From a virus: 64,000 nt of DNA. Shown here piece after piece: positions 38,901-49,900 of the stretch (position 1 is its first letter; each line of letters starts with the position of its first letter). Location of the stretch: positions 35,767 through 99,766 of IMG/VR virus record IMGVR_UViG_3300032235_000653; one strand, written 5' to 3'. A program made the translations under genes and the position numbers. Under the pieces are notes generated by a model that did not search any database, was not told where the DNA came from, and was given only the letters and a program-made list of their open reading frames with translations.

Positions 38901-41900
38901 ACTGGTACATACGGTAAAATAAACGAACTAATTGATCCGTTTGGAGTTAATGTCACTACGTCTTGGTCTGGCACCGTATTATCATATCCATATATGTAAA
39001 CAATGTCATCGTCTGGCGCCCCGATATACAACCAGTTGTCGTCGGCACTAATAGCAATGCTAGTTCCGAACTTGCCAATGTTGGCACTGATTGGTGACAG
39101 TATTTGTACGTCAGATAATGTTCCGATACTTTCTCTCTTGTATACAAAGACATAACCGATACCGTTTGCGCTGTTTGGTGCTCCTGTTATTACTTTAGCA
39201 TTTCCACTTTCAATAACAGATCCTAGACCAACTGTGGCATTTGCGCCAGAAGTAAGAGTAACATCTTCTACTAGAATTCCGTTAAAGTTAATGACATAAT
39301 TAGTAATGGCACCAACATTGCCGTTATATCCAGGTTGGCCGATTACTGCAAAATTATCATCGCCAGCAAGATTTACTGCTGCACCAAATTGAAAATTATT
39401 TTCTAAAGTTCCTTTTTGTAATGCTGTGGTCAATTCCCATGGATTTGTTTTATTATATACTGCCCAATCGCCGTTGGAGTTGTAGGAATTTACCCATACT
39501 TTATTGTTAACACTCCACCCCAATTTCGGAGTTAAATCAGTAATACCAAGAGGACTTTCAGTTTTCATACTGACCAATTTGTATAACTGACCTGTCTGAT
39601 TAAATGTACTAAATCCTCTGAGATCGCCCGTAAATTCAATTATAAAACTAGTTAACCCAATGATACTTTGGACTTTATAAAATCCGGTAAATTTGTCTAC
39701 ACCAGTTAATAAAATAGTGTCGTTTTTTACTAACCCATGTGATTTATTAGTAGTTACTTGAACTTTTCCATTCAGTGCATTACTTAAACTTATAACGTCA
39801 GATTCTGAATCAGATACTCTATATACATTCCAATTTTGTTCATAGTCTTTTGCTATCCAAATTGTTGACCCCGCAGTTATATTAGCTATGTCTGCATTTA
39901 ATGTAGAAACATTAGTTAAATCAAATAGTGTAAAATCAATGTCGTCAATGCTGACATAACCCGCAGTTTGAATATCATCACTGTAATCACTGTCAATGGT
40001 CCTGTTTATTAAGAATGGGGATGACCATGGAACTAAGCTAGTTTTATATAGTGCTTGAATATCATTATAAAGTGAACTAAACAATACAGAATTGTTTGAT
40101 CGAACTTCTAAGCTAGTGGGATTGCTTAACACATAATTTTCGTCGAGAACTAATTCCACAAATCGATTAGTTCCAGTACTACCATAAGATCCAACTCTGA
40201 ATGCCCAATCCTCGCTGATAGTTACATCGCTGGGACGACCGCTGAAACTAACCTTGCCCAACGCATTAATGGCGTTTAGCGTGCCTTTCTCTTTAATAAA
40301 TCCTTGATAGAATTTAACTTGACTAGTATCATCTAATCCCAAATCATTTAAATAATTTCTATTTCTATAACCAATTAGCCCTAAAGAATACTGGTCGAAT
40401 TCACTTTCTAAGTTGACTTTATCAACATTATAAAATGTTTCCCCGATTCCTGCATTTCGAGCAAAGTTATTCAACAATCCTGTTCTAATTTTATTTCTGT
40501 CTACAGGCAACCAATCACTGAATTTGAACTCAGTTGCCCCTGGCAGATTTTTGCTAGCAGTATAATAAAAACTCTTGTATTCAACTAAGTCGCCCTGTAA
40601 ATAATCTTTATTTTGTCTCCAAGCAGCTACGCCTGGTTGATTGTAAATAAATCCTGGTGCAGACAGTGTTCCGGTCCACTCTCCTGTTTTAGAACCAATA
40701 AGCTTTAACCGGTACTGACGTTGTCCCATTATAGGGTCGTATATGATGTCATTGAACTGTGTCTTATTGTCAAAAATCAAAACATGTTCAAATTGAACCA
40801 AATTAAGATCCACATATCCTATTAAATCAGTGGAACTAGTTAACGACAAGGAAAATGTGTTATTATCTCTGACTACAGTGTAGTTGTCTGTATTCAAAAC
40901 TTTATAGTTTTGATTCAACACCTTGGTGCCGTAGAATGTATTATTGATTCCATCTACTACCGCAGTACTGTTGAATAATTTTAAATTATTTGAAGCAGGA
41001 CTTAATACAATAACACTGTTATTTGTCCATCCTTGCTGTACCCAGAACAAAAATTCTTTTACACTCAGTTTCCAATCTTTAATCTGAGCCAATGTTTCGT
41101 CATAATACTCAAATTTAAACCCTTGTAATTGAAGGTATTGCTCGTATCCACTTATAAAATTTGCAACTTGTTGCAGTGTAGTTAATTCAGAACCGTATGG
41201 GATATTAATTTTAAAATTGGTAAATTCATTGTAATAATTTACAGTTTGACCTTCTGATGTAACTAATAGATAGTTACCAGTCTGCGAAGGAGGAACAATT
41301 GTAAAATACGGTCTTGCGCTATCATATCCAGAAATAGTAAAGCCGTTGCCAGTTTTTTCTATTATCACAGCACTATATCTAGAATTAAAAACAGGAGTAG
41401 ACTTATTTAACGCCAGAGAATAGTTGTCGTCTGGGATAATAATAGTTTCATTGGTACTATTTGGACTATTTTGTTCAGCTAAAATCTTTAAATAATTTTT
41501 GCCACTAAATCCCGCCATTCTATAAGATAATTGAATAGAGTAGTCTCTAACAAAATTTAATAATGGAGTTTTATCTGTTGCGCCGACAGTTACTTGATAA
41601 TCACTGATCCAATTTAAATATCCCGAAGCTCTGGCAATATCTCCCGACGAATTCACATACCCGTTAACATCGATGTCTTCTTGTGTAATTCTGTTATTTG
41701 TGCCTATTATCAGATACTGATCTAAATCGCTGTCATAACGATATTTGTTTGTTGTAATACCATACGCAAAATATTTTCCAGGATTAATTATTGCAGAAGT
41801 GTACTGCACTGCAAAAGGATATTCGCTGCTATTTCTCCAAGCAGTCTCGACTGGACTAAACTGGCCCATATTCCAATTATCATTAAACTGTGTGGAATCA

Positions 41901-44900
41901 TAACGATTAGTTAAAAGACCAATAGGCGGCAGTAATTGCCCATTTTCGTTTACTGGAATAAAGTTACTTAATCCAGGTCTTGCAAATTTAGTGTCAAAAC
42001 CGGCCCTGCTTCCAGCCGCAATGTAACCAACTTCTAAATCATCCCACAAAATTTTATTACCAGAAGTATATGGAGCAGGACCATATGTAGATCTCCACCA
42101 GTCCGGTTCTTCACTGAATCCCAGCATTTCCCATGGTGCAGTATTAGGCCGTTGAGTATCATAAAAATACTGAAAACATGCACGCCAAGAACCAGGTAGA
42201 GTTTGACCGTCGACTACATCCAATGCAGTGCTATAATTATAACTAAAAGGTGCATCATTTTGATATGTAGTATTATCTACATAATTCAAATTATTAACAC
42301 TGGCCCATTGCAAATAAAAGCGAGATAACAAATTATTATATTGAGATATAGTATAACCAGTATCTCTGAACTTACCAGGAATCGAATCGTAAGGAGATAC
42401 CAGTTTATCGCTATATTGAACTTTAATGTTGTTGTATATGCGCTTTTCTAGTTCTAAAACAATATTATCTCTAAAATCACCGAAACTAGGCGTTAGACTG
42501 CCGTCATGGCCTCTAATCATAAGTTGAGGTTCTGTATATGTTACGTCTGTATAAATTGCTGGTGTAAATTTTGGATAAAGTCCTAATTTTGAAGGTGTTT
42601 CAGGAATCCAGTTACCGTCTGTGTCTTGATATTCAACAATAGTAAGAGTGTTACCGACTGCTAATGTTATATTGTTTTTAATACTGACACCGGGGCCTGT
42701 TACCAAAAATTCATAATCACGTCCGTATAATAGTTGACTGCCGTTCAAATAAATTAAAATAGACTTGTTGCTTAATGTTTCATTTGAAAAGATAGTTGTA
42801 ATTTCATAATTACGTTGTTGCGGATTAAAAATGTTGTAAGTGATTACATTTTTATTATCCCCATACGGCACCATGTCACTATAGTACCATGGAAACGTTT
42901 TATCTTTAACTGAATTTATTTGTTTAATAATGTAGTCTACTGCCCCAACAGGATCACTAGGGTTGACCTGATTGCTGTTACTAGCAATGTTTATAAACTT
43001 ATTTTTAAATCTTGTATATTCTTGTTGAGCATTAATTAATCCAGATGCAAAATTATATTTTTCATCACTTAAGAACATGGCAGCAAAACTAACTGGTGCG
43101 CTTTGCTGCAACATAGTACCAGATTGATTTTCGATATATAAATCTCTGAGATTGCTTACCCCAGGGTAATTACCGACAAAATATAAACTATTTCTGCTCA
43201 GTGAACCTATGTGATTACGTAGCTCTCCGAGAGTTGGACTTGCTAACGTTCTATTCTGTGCATTTAAATTTAAATTGTCAGGTATTTGATAGAACCCGAG
43301 TTCGCTTATATTTTTGCTATAAACAAGAATATCAATTCTATCGTTAATTTGTAATTTGCTTCTTTTTATAACAATTAAAATTCCATCTGGCACATTATAC
43401 GCCAGGTAATCATTAATTGATATCTCTTTAAAATTAACATAAACTAACAAGTTAGGTTTAACTGTTGCTACTTCCGGAGTAATATCAATTTTGAATGTAT
43501 TGTCAACACCATCGTATGTAAATGGTATATCTTGCATTTGTCTAGTGTCAACATTGACATTAGTCCATACATTAAGTTTAGTAATACTAGAATCTGCATT
43601 ATTTTTATACAACAATCCTGAATCTATTTTTTTAGTGTACACAACTTTGTCGATGCCGTAATTGAACGTTTCGATGTCAAAATTATTATCGAATTGTATA
43701 TCACCGATGTTATTAAAATTTTTATAACTTAAAGGAAAGCCCAATACAGGATCAGCTATACCGGTGCCTGTCTTATAGCTAAAAATTTTGGTACCAACAA
43801 ATTGTGTAGCAGAATTAATTACTGGATATTTTACACTATCAGAAAAACTAACGCCTTCAGTATCAAATACATCAAATAAAGGTGGTTGATTTATGCTAGT
43901 TTTACTTTGACCTTCTACCCAATTTTCGCCCAGAAAGTAAAAACTTTTACCGTTATTAACTACACCGTTAAAAACACTGACAGTGTTAAATTCTTCTACA
44001 GTGTCAACTTGAATCAAATGAATTATAGCAGGATCCAATGGATTACCTGATGTGTTTTCTAGCGTTACTTCCCAAATTTTATTTCTTACAACCGGGTCTT
44101 GGTCAGCCGCAAAAATTACACGCATTCCTTGTACTAGATTAATACCGTCGACGAAAATAGACGTTTTACCTTCGACTGATAAAAATGCATTCGTGTACAC
44201 TGTGTCGAATATATCAACTGGAGGCTTGGCTATTTTTCCAAAATTAATTAATTGTAAATCTGCATCGAATTCGATTATGGGCCTTTTTGCTCGCTGTTCA
44301 GAATCAAAAACTTGCGGAATATTATTATACAAACTAGTTAATTCAATAATGTCTTTATGAAACCACCGATTTCTTCTAGTCCATGGATTAAGATCTCTGC
44401 TGGCTCTACTGATCACAATATAGTCAGGCGTAGACAAACTGGCGTTAGTGTCTATGCTTGTACTTCCATAAAATGCTCTGCCAATTATATAAGGATAAAT
44501 TGGAGATCCATCGCTGGCCTGTGTTGTAAAATATGCATAAGTTCCATTTGGAAATTCCGGTGTTAAACAAAAACGACCGTTGAATTGATCCAGTGTGCCA
44601 CTGCCTTCTACATAAGAATAATCTTCAATGAATGCTCCTGTTAAAAATTCAAATGTTAAAGATGTACCAGCCGTTAATGTAACATTACTGCTTAATTGTA
44701 CTTGACTTGCAGTACCCAAGAACTGTGGTAAGCCTGATGCTGTTTTTAATCCATTGTTAAGTATCCATACACTGCCAGATTCGAGACCAGCAGAGTTAAC
44801 TGTTATCCTCATGCCAGGATTTAATCCATTTGTACTAGATACAGTAATTAAACTATTATTGATTACATCAGCAGTGATAGTTACAGTCTGTGGTACTGGT

Positions 44901-46942
44901 CGAAATAGTCCGTCGTTAGAGGATTCGTATGAACTGACCATGCGAATGATAGAGCTGCCTGCGTTTAGCGGATTCGAATATCCATAAGGTCCGTAAATAG
45001 GATAACCGTCTGCTGCAAATCCTATAAGTTTACTATGATTTGTTGTAGGATCTAAATATCCATTAGTAAACCCTGATACATTTCCCCATGCATTGGCTGT
45101 AATAAAATTAGAATTTGTATAAACATAACGGCCATTCTCCAATGGATAACCACCATAGCTGTCTTGTCCATTTATTAATACCTGAGTAGTATCGTAATTC
45201 CATTTACTGCCGTCTAACCCAGGAACCGAAGCTCCATTGCTTACACCGTTGATAAGAATTCCTGGTAAGGTGACTCCAATTACGTCGGACGAGTATGTAA
45301 GATTATCATGTTCGCCAGGATCATTTAGTCCAGGTCTATAAGGATATTTTAATTTGAGATCTTGAGCAACGATATAATTTGTGTTAACACTGTTAGGAAA
45401 ATTGCCGACTTTTACGTTCACACCGTCAGGAAAATCAGTTGTGGTTACGGTAAGTTGATCTTCTGCCAAATTAAGACTAGCAGTTGCATACAATACAAAG
45501 TTGTTGCCAGGGTCATAATTCGATTTTGCTTGTGCCTGATTGACCACTAAGTCTGACACTGGAATTAATCGAATTCCTGTTCCTACTCCATCAACATAGT
45601 ATTCTTTATTTTGATAAGATGTAGGTGTAACACTGTTATCGAAATTAATTTTTAGTCCGTTAGTAAAAACAACACCATTAGGACTAATATAATTTGTTTT
45701 CCCGATTACTTCCTCATCTATGTTAATGGTATTATTATTAGAATCTATAAGTCTGATCGTGCCAACTTGGTTTGCATCTAACCCATCTTGATAATATAAT
45801 GTATTCAAGGGAGCAGTAATTACTGGTATCTGTTCTAGTGTATTTTCAGAATTTGTATACCATTCGGTGTTACCATAATTAATACCCGACAGTATCAAAA
45901 CTTTGTTGTTACTGGGTATAGGCAAATAGTAAACTAAATCAATGATGTAATCTGCACCGAACGGAGTCAAAACAATTGTCCAAATTCCGTATCTTTGATT
46001 TTCAGGCACAGTAACAGAGTTAGAAGTCCAATCAGCATCCAAATTGTAATTTGGAAAAATTACGTATTTTCCGTTTAAGTTCGCAACTTGTCCGTCGATA
46101 CCGCCGTAATTATTTTTAATGTCGGACAACAGTTTGCCTTGTAAATTAGCATAGCTTATTGTGCTTACTAAATCTACTGTTTGCACTGTTGGCATAGTAA
46201 TATAGAAATCTTGTGCTGTTGAGTCCGGAACAAAGAAGGTTATAGTGCCAACATCGATTCCGTTATTTTGCACACCCAAGACTTGCCTTGTACTTAAATT
46301 AGTTTGAGGACTTAGTCCGCTTAATCCTGGGTTTGTTTGTATCCAAAAAGGCTTGCCGGGCTGATTAACGTTAAACGTATAATTTCCGCCGCGAGCCAAT
46401 ACAATGTCAGGATTAGGCGCAGTGTTGTATCCACTTATATTATAGACTTGCAGACCATTTTCAGCATAGATATTAAATGTACGCGACATATCTGCTTCGC
46501 CGGCGAACACATTAACAGATTCTGGTCCATTTGGTAACCAGTAATATTGACTAAAGTTAATAAATGCATCGGCGTTTATTCTTGGGTTATAACTGTAAAA
46601 ATCACTTTCCCATAGATTGTCTTGATTGTCAATTTTTCCGCCGTAAAAATCTATTTTTTGTAAAACTTCAGGATATGTAGTATGAAAATCCACTTCTCCT
46701 GTTTCTTTATTTTTTACAACTATACTAGGCTCAAGTTGATAGTCTGCACGAAGCGCAGTAGGCTCTTTAACATATGTGTTAATTCCTTTAAACCCGGGCG
46801 CAAATTTTCTTCCAACATAACCATTAATAGGAACCAAATTTGGTTCCGTCATTAGCTGATCAAGAGTAGCGTTTAAAAATCTCTTGTTAGTGTCAGACTG
46901 AAATACTGCTGGAAGAAAATTTATTGTTTTAGTAATTGGCAT
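32921..46942 (-). CDS. giant (4673 aa) baseplate/tail structural protein with YHYH-like insert and FG-GAP-like repeats
   Basis: Uninterrupted ORF after the gp6-like gene; LIGFAADGYPIYGPYG and LDQFNGRF; repeated FGxS(V/I)..IGAP; GSGY..P...GA.A repeats. Confidence 0.75.
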   Translation of the reverse strand: MPITKTINFLPAVFQSDTNKRFLNATLDQLMTEPNLVPINGYVGRKFAPGFKGINTYVKEPTALRADYQLEPSIVVKNKETGEVDFHTTYPEVLQKIDFYGGKIDNQDNLWESDFYSYNPRINADAFINFSQYYWLPNGPESVNVFAGEADMSRTFNIYAENGLQVYNISGYNTAPNPDIVLARGGNYTFNVNQPGKPFWIQTNPGLSGLSPQTNLSTRQVLGVQNNGIDVGTITFFVPDSTAQDFYITMPTVQTVDLVSTISYANLQGKLLSDIKNNYGGIDGQVANLNGKYVIFPNYNLDADWTSNSVTVPENQRYGIWTIVLTPFGADYIIDLVYYLPIPSNNKVLILSGINYGNTEWYTNSENTLEQIPVITAPLNTLYYQDGLDANQVGTIRLIDSNNNTINIDEEVIGKTNYISPNGVVFTNGLKINFDNSVTPTSYQNKEYYVDGVGTGIRLIPVSDLVVNQAQAKSNYDPGNNFVLYATASLNLAEDQLTVTTTDFPDGVNVKVGNFPNSVNTNYIVAQDLKLKYPYRPGLNDPGEHDNLTYSSDVIGVTLPGILINGVSNGASVPGLDGSKWNYDTTQVLINGQDSYGGYPLENGRYVYTNSNFITANAWGNVSGFTNGYLDPTTNHSKLIGFAADGYPIYGPYGYSNPLNAGSSIIRMVSSYESSNDGLFRPVPQTVTITADVINNSLITVSSTNGLNPGMRITVNSAGLESGSVWILNNGLKTASGLPQFLGTASQVQLSSNVTLTAGTSLTFEFLTGAFIEDYSYVEGSGTLDQFNGRFCLTPEFPNGTYAYFTTQASDGSPIYPYIIGRAFYGSTSIDTNASLSTPDYIVISRASRDLNPWTRRNRWFHKDIIELTSLYNNIPQVFDSEQRAKRPIIEFDADLQLINFGKIAKPPVDIFDTVYTNAFLSVEGKTSIFVDGINLVQGMRVIFAADQDPVVRNKIWEVTLENTSGNPLDPAIIHLIQVDTVEEFNTVSVFNGVVNNGKSFYFLGENWVEGQSKTSINQPPLFDVFDTEGVSFSDSVKYPVINSATQFVGTKIFSYKTGTGIADPVLGFPLSYKNFNNIGDIQFDNNFDIETFNYGIDKVVYTKKIDSGLLYKNNADSSITKLNVWTNVNVDTRQMQDIPFTYDGVDNTFKIDITPEVATVKPNLLVYVNFKEISINDYLAYNVPDGILIVIKRSKLQINDRIDILVYSKNISELGFYQIPDNLNLNAQNRTLASPTLGELRNHIGSLSRNSLYFVGNYPGVSNLRDLYIENQSGTMLQQSAPVSFAAMFLSDEKYNFASGLINAQQEYTRFKNKFINIASNSNQVNPSDPVGAVDYIIKQINSVKDKTFPWYYSDMVPYGDNKNVITYNIFNPQQRNYEITTIFSNETLSNKSILIYLNGSQLLYGRDYEFLVTGPGVSIKNNITLAVGNTLTIVEYQDTDGNWIPETPSKLGLYPKFTPAIYTDVTYTEPQLMIRGHDGSLTPSFGDFRDNIVLELEKRIYNNIKVQYSDKLVSPYDSIPGKFRDTGYTISQYNNLLSRFYLQWASVNNLNYVDNTTYQNDAPFSYNYSTALDVVDGQTLPGSWRACFQYFYDTQRPNTAPWEMLGFSEEPDWWRSTYGPAPYTSGNKILWDDLEVGYIAAGSRAGFDTKFARPGLSNFIPVNENGQLLPPIGLLTNRYDSTQFNDNWNMGQFSPVETAWRNSSEYPFAVQYTSAIINPGKYFAYGITTNKYRYDSDLDQYLIIGTNNRITQEDIDVNGYVNSSGDIARASGYLNWISDYQVTVGATDKTPLLNFVRDYSIQLSYRMAGFSGKNYLKILAEQNSPNSTNETIIIPDDNYSLALNKSTPVFNSRYSAVIIEKTGNGFTISGYDSARPYFTIVPPSQTGNYLLVTSEGQTVNYYNEFTNFKINIPYGSELTTLQQVANFISGYEQYLQLQGFKFEYYDETLAQIKDWKLSVKEFLFWVQQGWTNNSVIVLSPASNNLKLFNSTAVVDGINNTFYGTKVLNQNYKVLNTDNYTVVRDNNTFSLSLTSSTDLIGYVDLNLVQFEHVLIFDNKTQFNDIIYDPIMGQRQYRLKLIGSKTGEWTGTLSAPGFIYNQPGVAAWRQNKDYLQGDLVEYKSFYYTASKNLPGATEFKFSDWLPVDRNKIRTGLLNNFARNAGIGETFYNVDKVNLESEFDQYSLGLIGYRNRNYLNDLGLDDTSQVKFYQGFIKEKGTLNAINALGKVSFSGRPSDVTISEDWAFRVGSYGSTGTNRFVELVLDENYVLSNPTSLEVRSNNSVLFSSLYNDIQALYKTSLVPWSSPFLINRTIDSDYSDDIQTAGYVSIDDIDFTLFDLTNVSTLNADIANITAGSTIWIAKDYEQNWNVYRVSDSESDVISLSNALNGKVQVTTNKSHGLVKNDTILLTGVDKFTGFYKVQSIIGLTSFIIEFTGDLRGFSTFNQTGQLYKLVSMKTESPLGITDLTPKLGWSVNNKVWVNSYNSNGDWAVYNKTNPWELTTALQKGTLENNFQFGAAVNLAGDDNFAVIGQPGYNGNVGAITNYVINFNGILVEDVTLTSGANATVGLGSVIESGNAKVITGAPNSANGIGYVFVYKRESIGTLSDVQILSPISANIGKFGTSIAISADDNWLYIGAPDDDIVYIYGYDNTVPDQDVVTLTPNGSISSFILPYVPVSAETIYVQGSTATYVPHRDYTVSSSTITFTSPPPAGAIIISQSPGYNLVGTISGNSGSQFGYSLSATVDGSQIMIGAPLEDVTANISGNITTYTDSGAIHLWNRSINNFIVQDDLTVTFNAVAPVTQYTRIYVDNIEKFVGIDWYVSNSVLNLITFYSPVGQSKILTIETNVFHPIQTIVPAQPYADQQFGYSVDICTNSCSLYAGAPYQSQINLYNGAVYRFLNQGKVYGELVGTIANATVNSGDSIRINNYAVQFTDTSLSSVVNAINNVNALGEPIGPKIPGVTASIENNKLKLVSNSEVTFNKLNVLPGVGTAIADLGLDIFPEVDIIYNNSTKSYDYFGKLVKINDNSDILVVASDIAATLQETVFDNSKTYTPSPTTFDRDLTIFSEPVDDSGAVWIYSYLPNNVSTIESPGTFAFIQQLTPTTTNDGLKTNDSFGSSISISTYELIVGSKNSKQLAFNGGRVYKFSNPTNLLGWDVFRSQEPKIEINGIIKAYTYNALTQTVQYNLDYIDPAKGKILGLAEQELTYKIDYDPAIYNNASVDNVSVNNNLYWTDQQVGQLWWDLSTVKYIDYEQGSIKYRTANWGRTFPGSSIDVYEWVESLYPPSQYVANGGDGEPKYTGNGAYVTLNYIDPNTNFATVKYYFWVKNKTTVNINQFGRTIPTTTVASYIESPKNSGVKYFAAIKDDSVALFNMVNETVGRDIIFHLDYATLLNSNIIHNEYALLSATNNKSENIPDNIYNKLLDSASGIDRFGNPVPDPTLAVQNRYGIDIRPRQSMFINRNEAIREMVLYVNSIFDLNVISQGYDLTRLSQGEPEPAPNSGAYDLIVNNLEELSYVNIAILPMGYKVLVQSDSSVDNLWTIYIKDGVIDEWQPNTRYLTNTIVRYNTITYSVNQTITTGATFDVNDYTYYQVQNEWNLNRVQSYATSEYWQYKDWYAPGFDRTVRPTYTIETSAQLNDLTLRSQDLVKINNNGQGKWFLIQVYPNTVTTVGIQDGTIELKKNLYALEEFGLGFDADNFDTIRFDQNPGIETRQIIQTLKDDIFIDQLDPEFLNLFFVFINYILDEQKYVDWLFKTSFINVLQKIQGLTQPAIYIKENQEFYKQYIEEVKPYKTTLREYVVDYQGYDNYNSYVSDFDVPPTYDSVLKTTRSPSGEFIQDARLLQQPEYANWLSNYSYSISSIDIIDGGSGYTLPPIITITGSRNGNNAVARALVTDGVLTKIILLYPGSDYVTTPVVTIDGGNGSGAIARANLVNGLIRNIKTTLVYDRYTYSTTIIDWVPDTTFTQGTIIDHKGVAYIVSQTFTSGPTFDSNVLTNLTVYPVDNINNANDRIQAYYQPELGQPGKDLSLLQSGIDYPGVKVEGPTFSDNGGFGGSGPEPPLPGISAADGFDATLFDPLEFDENGIPILSDAILDAKITSTFADTTLGTKPEDIIVDGGPFVYSYFTEWTANTYYDKGDLISYNDKVWYVVTPTTTGNVFSTANLTIYNVGPYASHAPEEMIPGRVYDTLDMTVTTIATDPTDSYYINWSTTSGVILESIQIIDPGSGYSPEEIGVTILGGDYYTQARAQVILDSNGSAISFQVIDNGSGYDTTPTVVISGSNTSPMIATATMKLGDSPTGNAWPLMSYRIFKDMNDNFTYLREDGASTTTLAANLNLTDTVIRVIDASKLATPSPSGGQPGVVYINGERITYYSKDLATNTLGRIRRGTGGTGAKNHFIGNIVLDGSQNQVIPDSGNSTWYARSQGPGTINVNVYSSTLQGVGTTFTMLTPGTQIFAGTGDENAVELTLGNSSTSSTFTGQQLIGTISSVLSDTVALLQVTKRNPNAPEGIPVEWAYISANNTPYFVAANISNVTVRYTGNITANNSSNIVTGNGTIFLAELNVGNDLYDNGGNLIGTISNVVSNTSAYISSNSSATLTNERFTTYYTFEANVAYVQTNIWYSLGNSAQAIATGVLGNTTASNGQGLFNANTLPVSFLKQGLQG

Positions 46943-46951
46943 CTTATAAGA

Positions 46952-49900
46952 TTAATTAATTATAGTATTTACCGTTAAATTTTGTATGTTTAATTGTGCT
47001 GCGGTAATAGCGCTGATAATTTCAATATTTTCTACAGTAGCAGAGCTTATTAAAATTTCGTTAGGTTCACTGTTGATTTGTTGCAACGATCCATATGTTT
47101 GACTGGTACTATTAGGCACAATAATAATACTACTAATGTTTGGAGCCAACCCTTGCTGTATGTACGTTGCTAATTCTGTGAAGTAAAATGTTTCTCCAAA
47201 ATCCCAATTACCTACAGCAAAAAATGCATTAATATATGCAAGCACTTGGCTTCGAATTTCGCTGTCAGTTAAATTGATATTTGGATTTTTAATAATCTTA
47301 AATGTGGCTTGAAGCTCAGGTCTGGCTTTATTGCCAAACAAAGGCTTAAACACTGCTGCATTATAAATGATAGCATCGCTGACTGATTTATAATTTTCTA
47401 AATCACCGAATGCCAACTTTAGACTTTCTCCTGTTTCTTTTTCAGGCTCTTGAACTGTTCCGGTAGTATCCAATATCCATGCTCTGTATTCTGTTTCGTA
47501 TTCTTTAGTTAGCACATACAAATCTATTAGATTACTTGGACTTGGGTCTATCCTTCTACTACCAGGAGCATTGTGTTTATATTGAAAATACAGCGATGAC
47601 CTGCCAACTCTTGCAATATAATCATTGCTTTCAGTTAATGATCGTGTAGTAAGATTAATAGTTAGAACATAGAAAATTTCTTCTTCATATGCATAAAAAA
47701 TCTGGCCTTCAATATAATTGTTAATATTTGGAATAACATCAAGTTGATTTCTAACAATAACTACTGCAGATGAAGGGATAGGTGTGAAAGTCACAAAGCT
47801 ATTGTATTCATAAGTTTTTTCAAAGAAAACAAACTTAGTGGGAGGAGAGTTGTTAACGTTGGGTTGCACCACGGTATTGAAAATATCTGGATCATCTGGA
47901 ACACCGTCATTGTTTATATCACTGTATGTAACTAAAACTTTACTAGCATCTACGTATCCATCAGATTCTGCAATCTGATCGTATATGTACCAAAGAACAT
48001 TTTCTGTTAATGGTTGACCTGTGTCGGGATCTCCGTTAACTTTTAAAATATTCACACTGTCGTTGACTGTATACCCAGTTACTGGATCAAAAATCTTTAT
48101 TCTATTATCAAAATAAAATTTTGTTTCTTGTGTACTTTCAAAAATATAACTTAATCCTCTAATTTGTACTGTATAAGTGGAATTCGAAACGGTGAAGCTT
48201 AGTAACCAGCTAGCGTCTAAATTTTGACCGCTAGTAGAGCCTTGATAAATTTGACTAAACGGATCAGTCAAATTTAAATCTTGAGCACTAATAGTTTGCC
48301 AGGTTTGTGTGTTTTGATCATATCTGATACCAAACTCGCTGTAGTTACTGATTAGTCCTATAAGTTTAGAAACAAACTCTGTTGTAAAAGTATTACTAAA
48401 TGTAGGTATTACAGTGACAGCTTGAGCAGTGGACGGTAAATTTAAACTTAATTTAACTGGACCTTCACCATTACCTAAATTGCCTTGATTACCGTTGCCT
48501 ATTAAATTTGTAATAGAAACATAAAGTAAAGGTTGTCCGTTTTGCGGCACTTGACCACTGGAAGGTAATGCTATTATTTCGTTGGCAGAGTTAAAATAGT
48601 TACCGGGACCTGGGCTGAACACAATGATACAGCCTTCTGTCAAGTACCTATTATTTCCCACTACACCTGTTCCCACAGCAACTTTATTTCCTGATGAAGG
48701 AAAATCTATGAAATACCCAGTGCTACTGCCAGATCCTGCAGTACTTCTATTCCAATATAGGTTAGTCAGTGAGAATCTATTAAAATATTCATAATAAAAA
48801 TGTTGCAGCGACTTACTTCTTATGCTAGGCAATATTTGATTTTCAATAATTCTATTAATATCTGCTGTTGTCCCAAATGTAAAACTAAAACTAGAATCAG
48901 CATCTTCTTTATATAATATTCCATCTTCTGAAAAAATATTAGTGCTGCTGTATCTACCGCTGGTATCAAATATATCTAAGTATCTACTGATTCCGCTACT
49001 AGTGCGATTAACAGCTTTTACTTTACTGATTGTACTATAGTTTGCATAAGGAAATGTGTTATAGTCTTCTCCGGTGACCATACGATTTTGTGTATAGTAC
49101 AGTTGTGGCGCTTTGGTTTTAATTTCATTAATACTTTCTCTAGGAATAGCATTGGCCACTGTGTATTTTAGACTGGCAACAATGGTTAATGTTTCCAATC
49201 TACCTGCACGACTAATATAAGGTATAGTCAGACGAATATTTGTCATTTCGTCTGGTGTAATTTTATAACTTAATCCAGTACTAGTTCTAAAATAAGTTAT
49301 GAAACTCCCCACAGGGACAGCAGCAAAAGTTCCATCGCCGAATACTAAATCAACTTGATCTCCTGCTCTGGTGTTGACTTGATAACTTTTTTGTGCTGCA
49401 TTGTTATTATAGATAATATTAACTCCGTTAACACTGGGGATTTGATTCCATGCTTGCCCTATGTTACCTAAACTGCCAATTTCATACAGCCAAACGTCTG
49501 ACTTGTTGATGTTATCAAAATTAATACTGACTAAGTTGTTAGGTAAACTTTCAGGAAATCTAAATGTCTGTGTTTGTAAATTTCCTTGTTTAAAATAAAA
49601 GAAAAACCCTGTGTTATTGCTGGCATTGCCTAAATTATCGTTTTTATAAATTACGTTAAGAGGACGGCCAGGCGCAGGCGCTGATTCATAGATATAACTC
49701 TCATCTGCACTAGTACCACTGACTACTTCAAAATTTAACACAGAATTTTCGATTTGTGTATTATATCCAAAAACTGGTAATGTTCCGGGAGGTAAATTTA
49801 TATTATATTCTGCGTTCAGAACTCCGGCAATAGTCTTGCTATTGGCAGGTTTGCCAACTTGCTGATTCGTTGGTAGCGCAGCATTAATTATTGTAATAAA

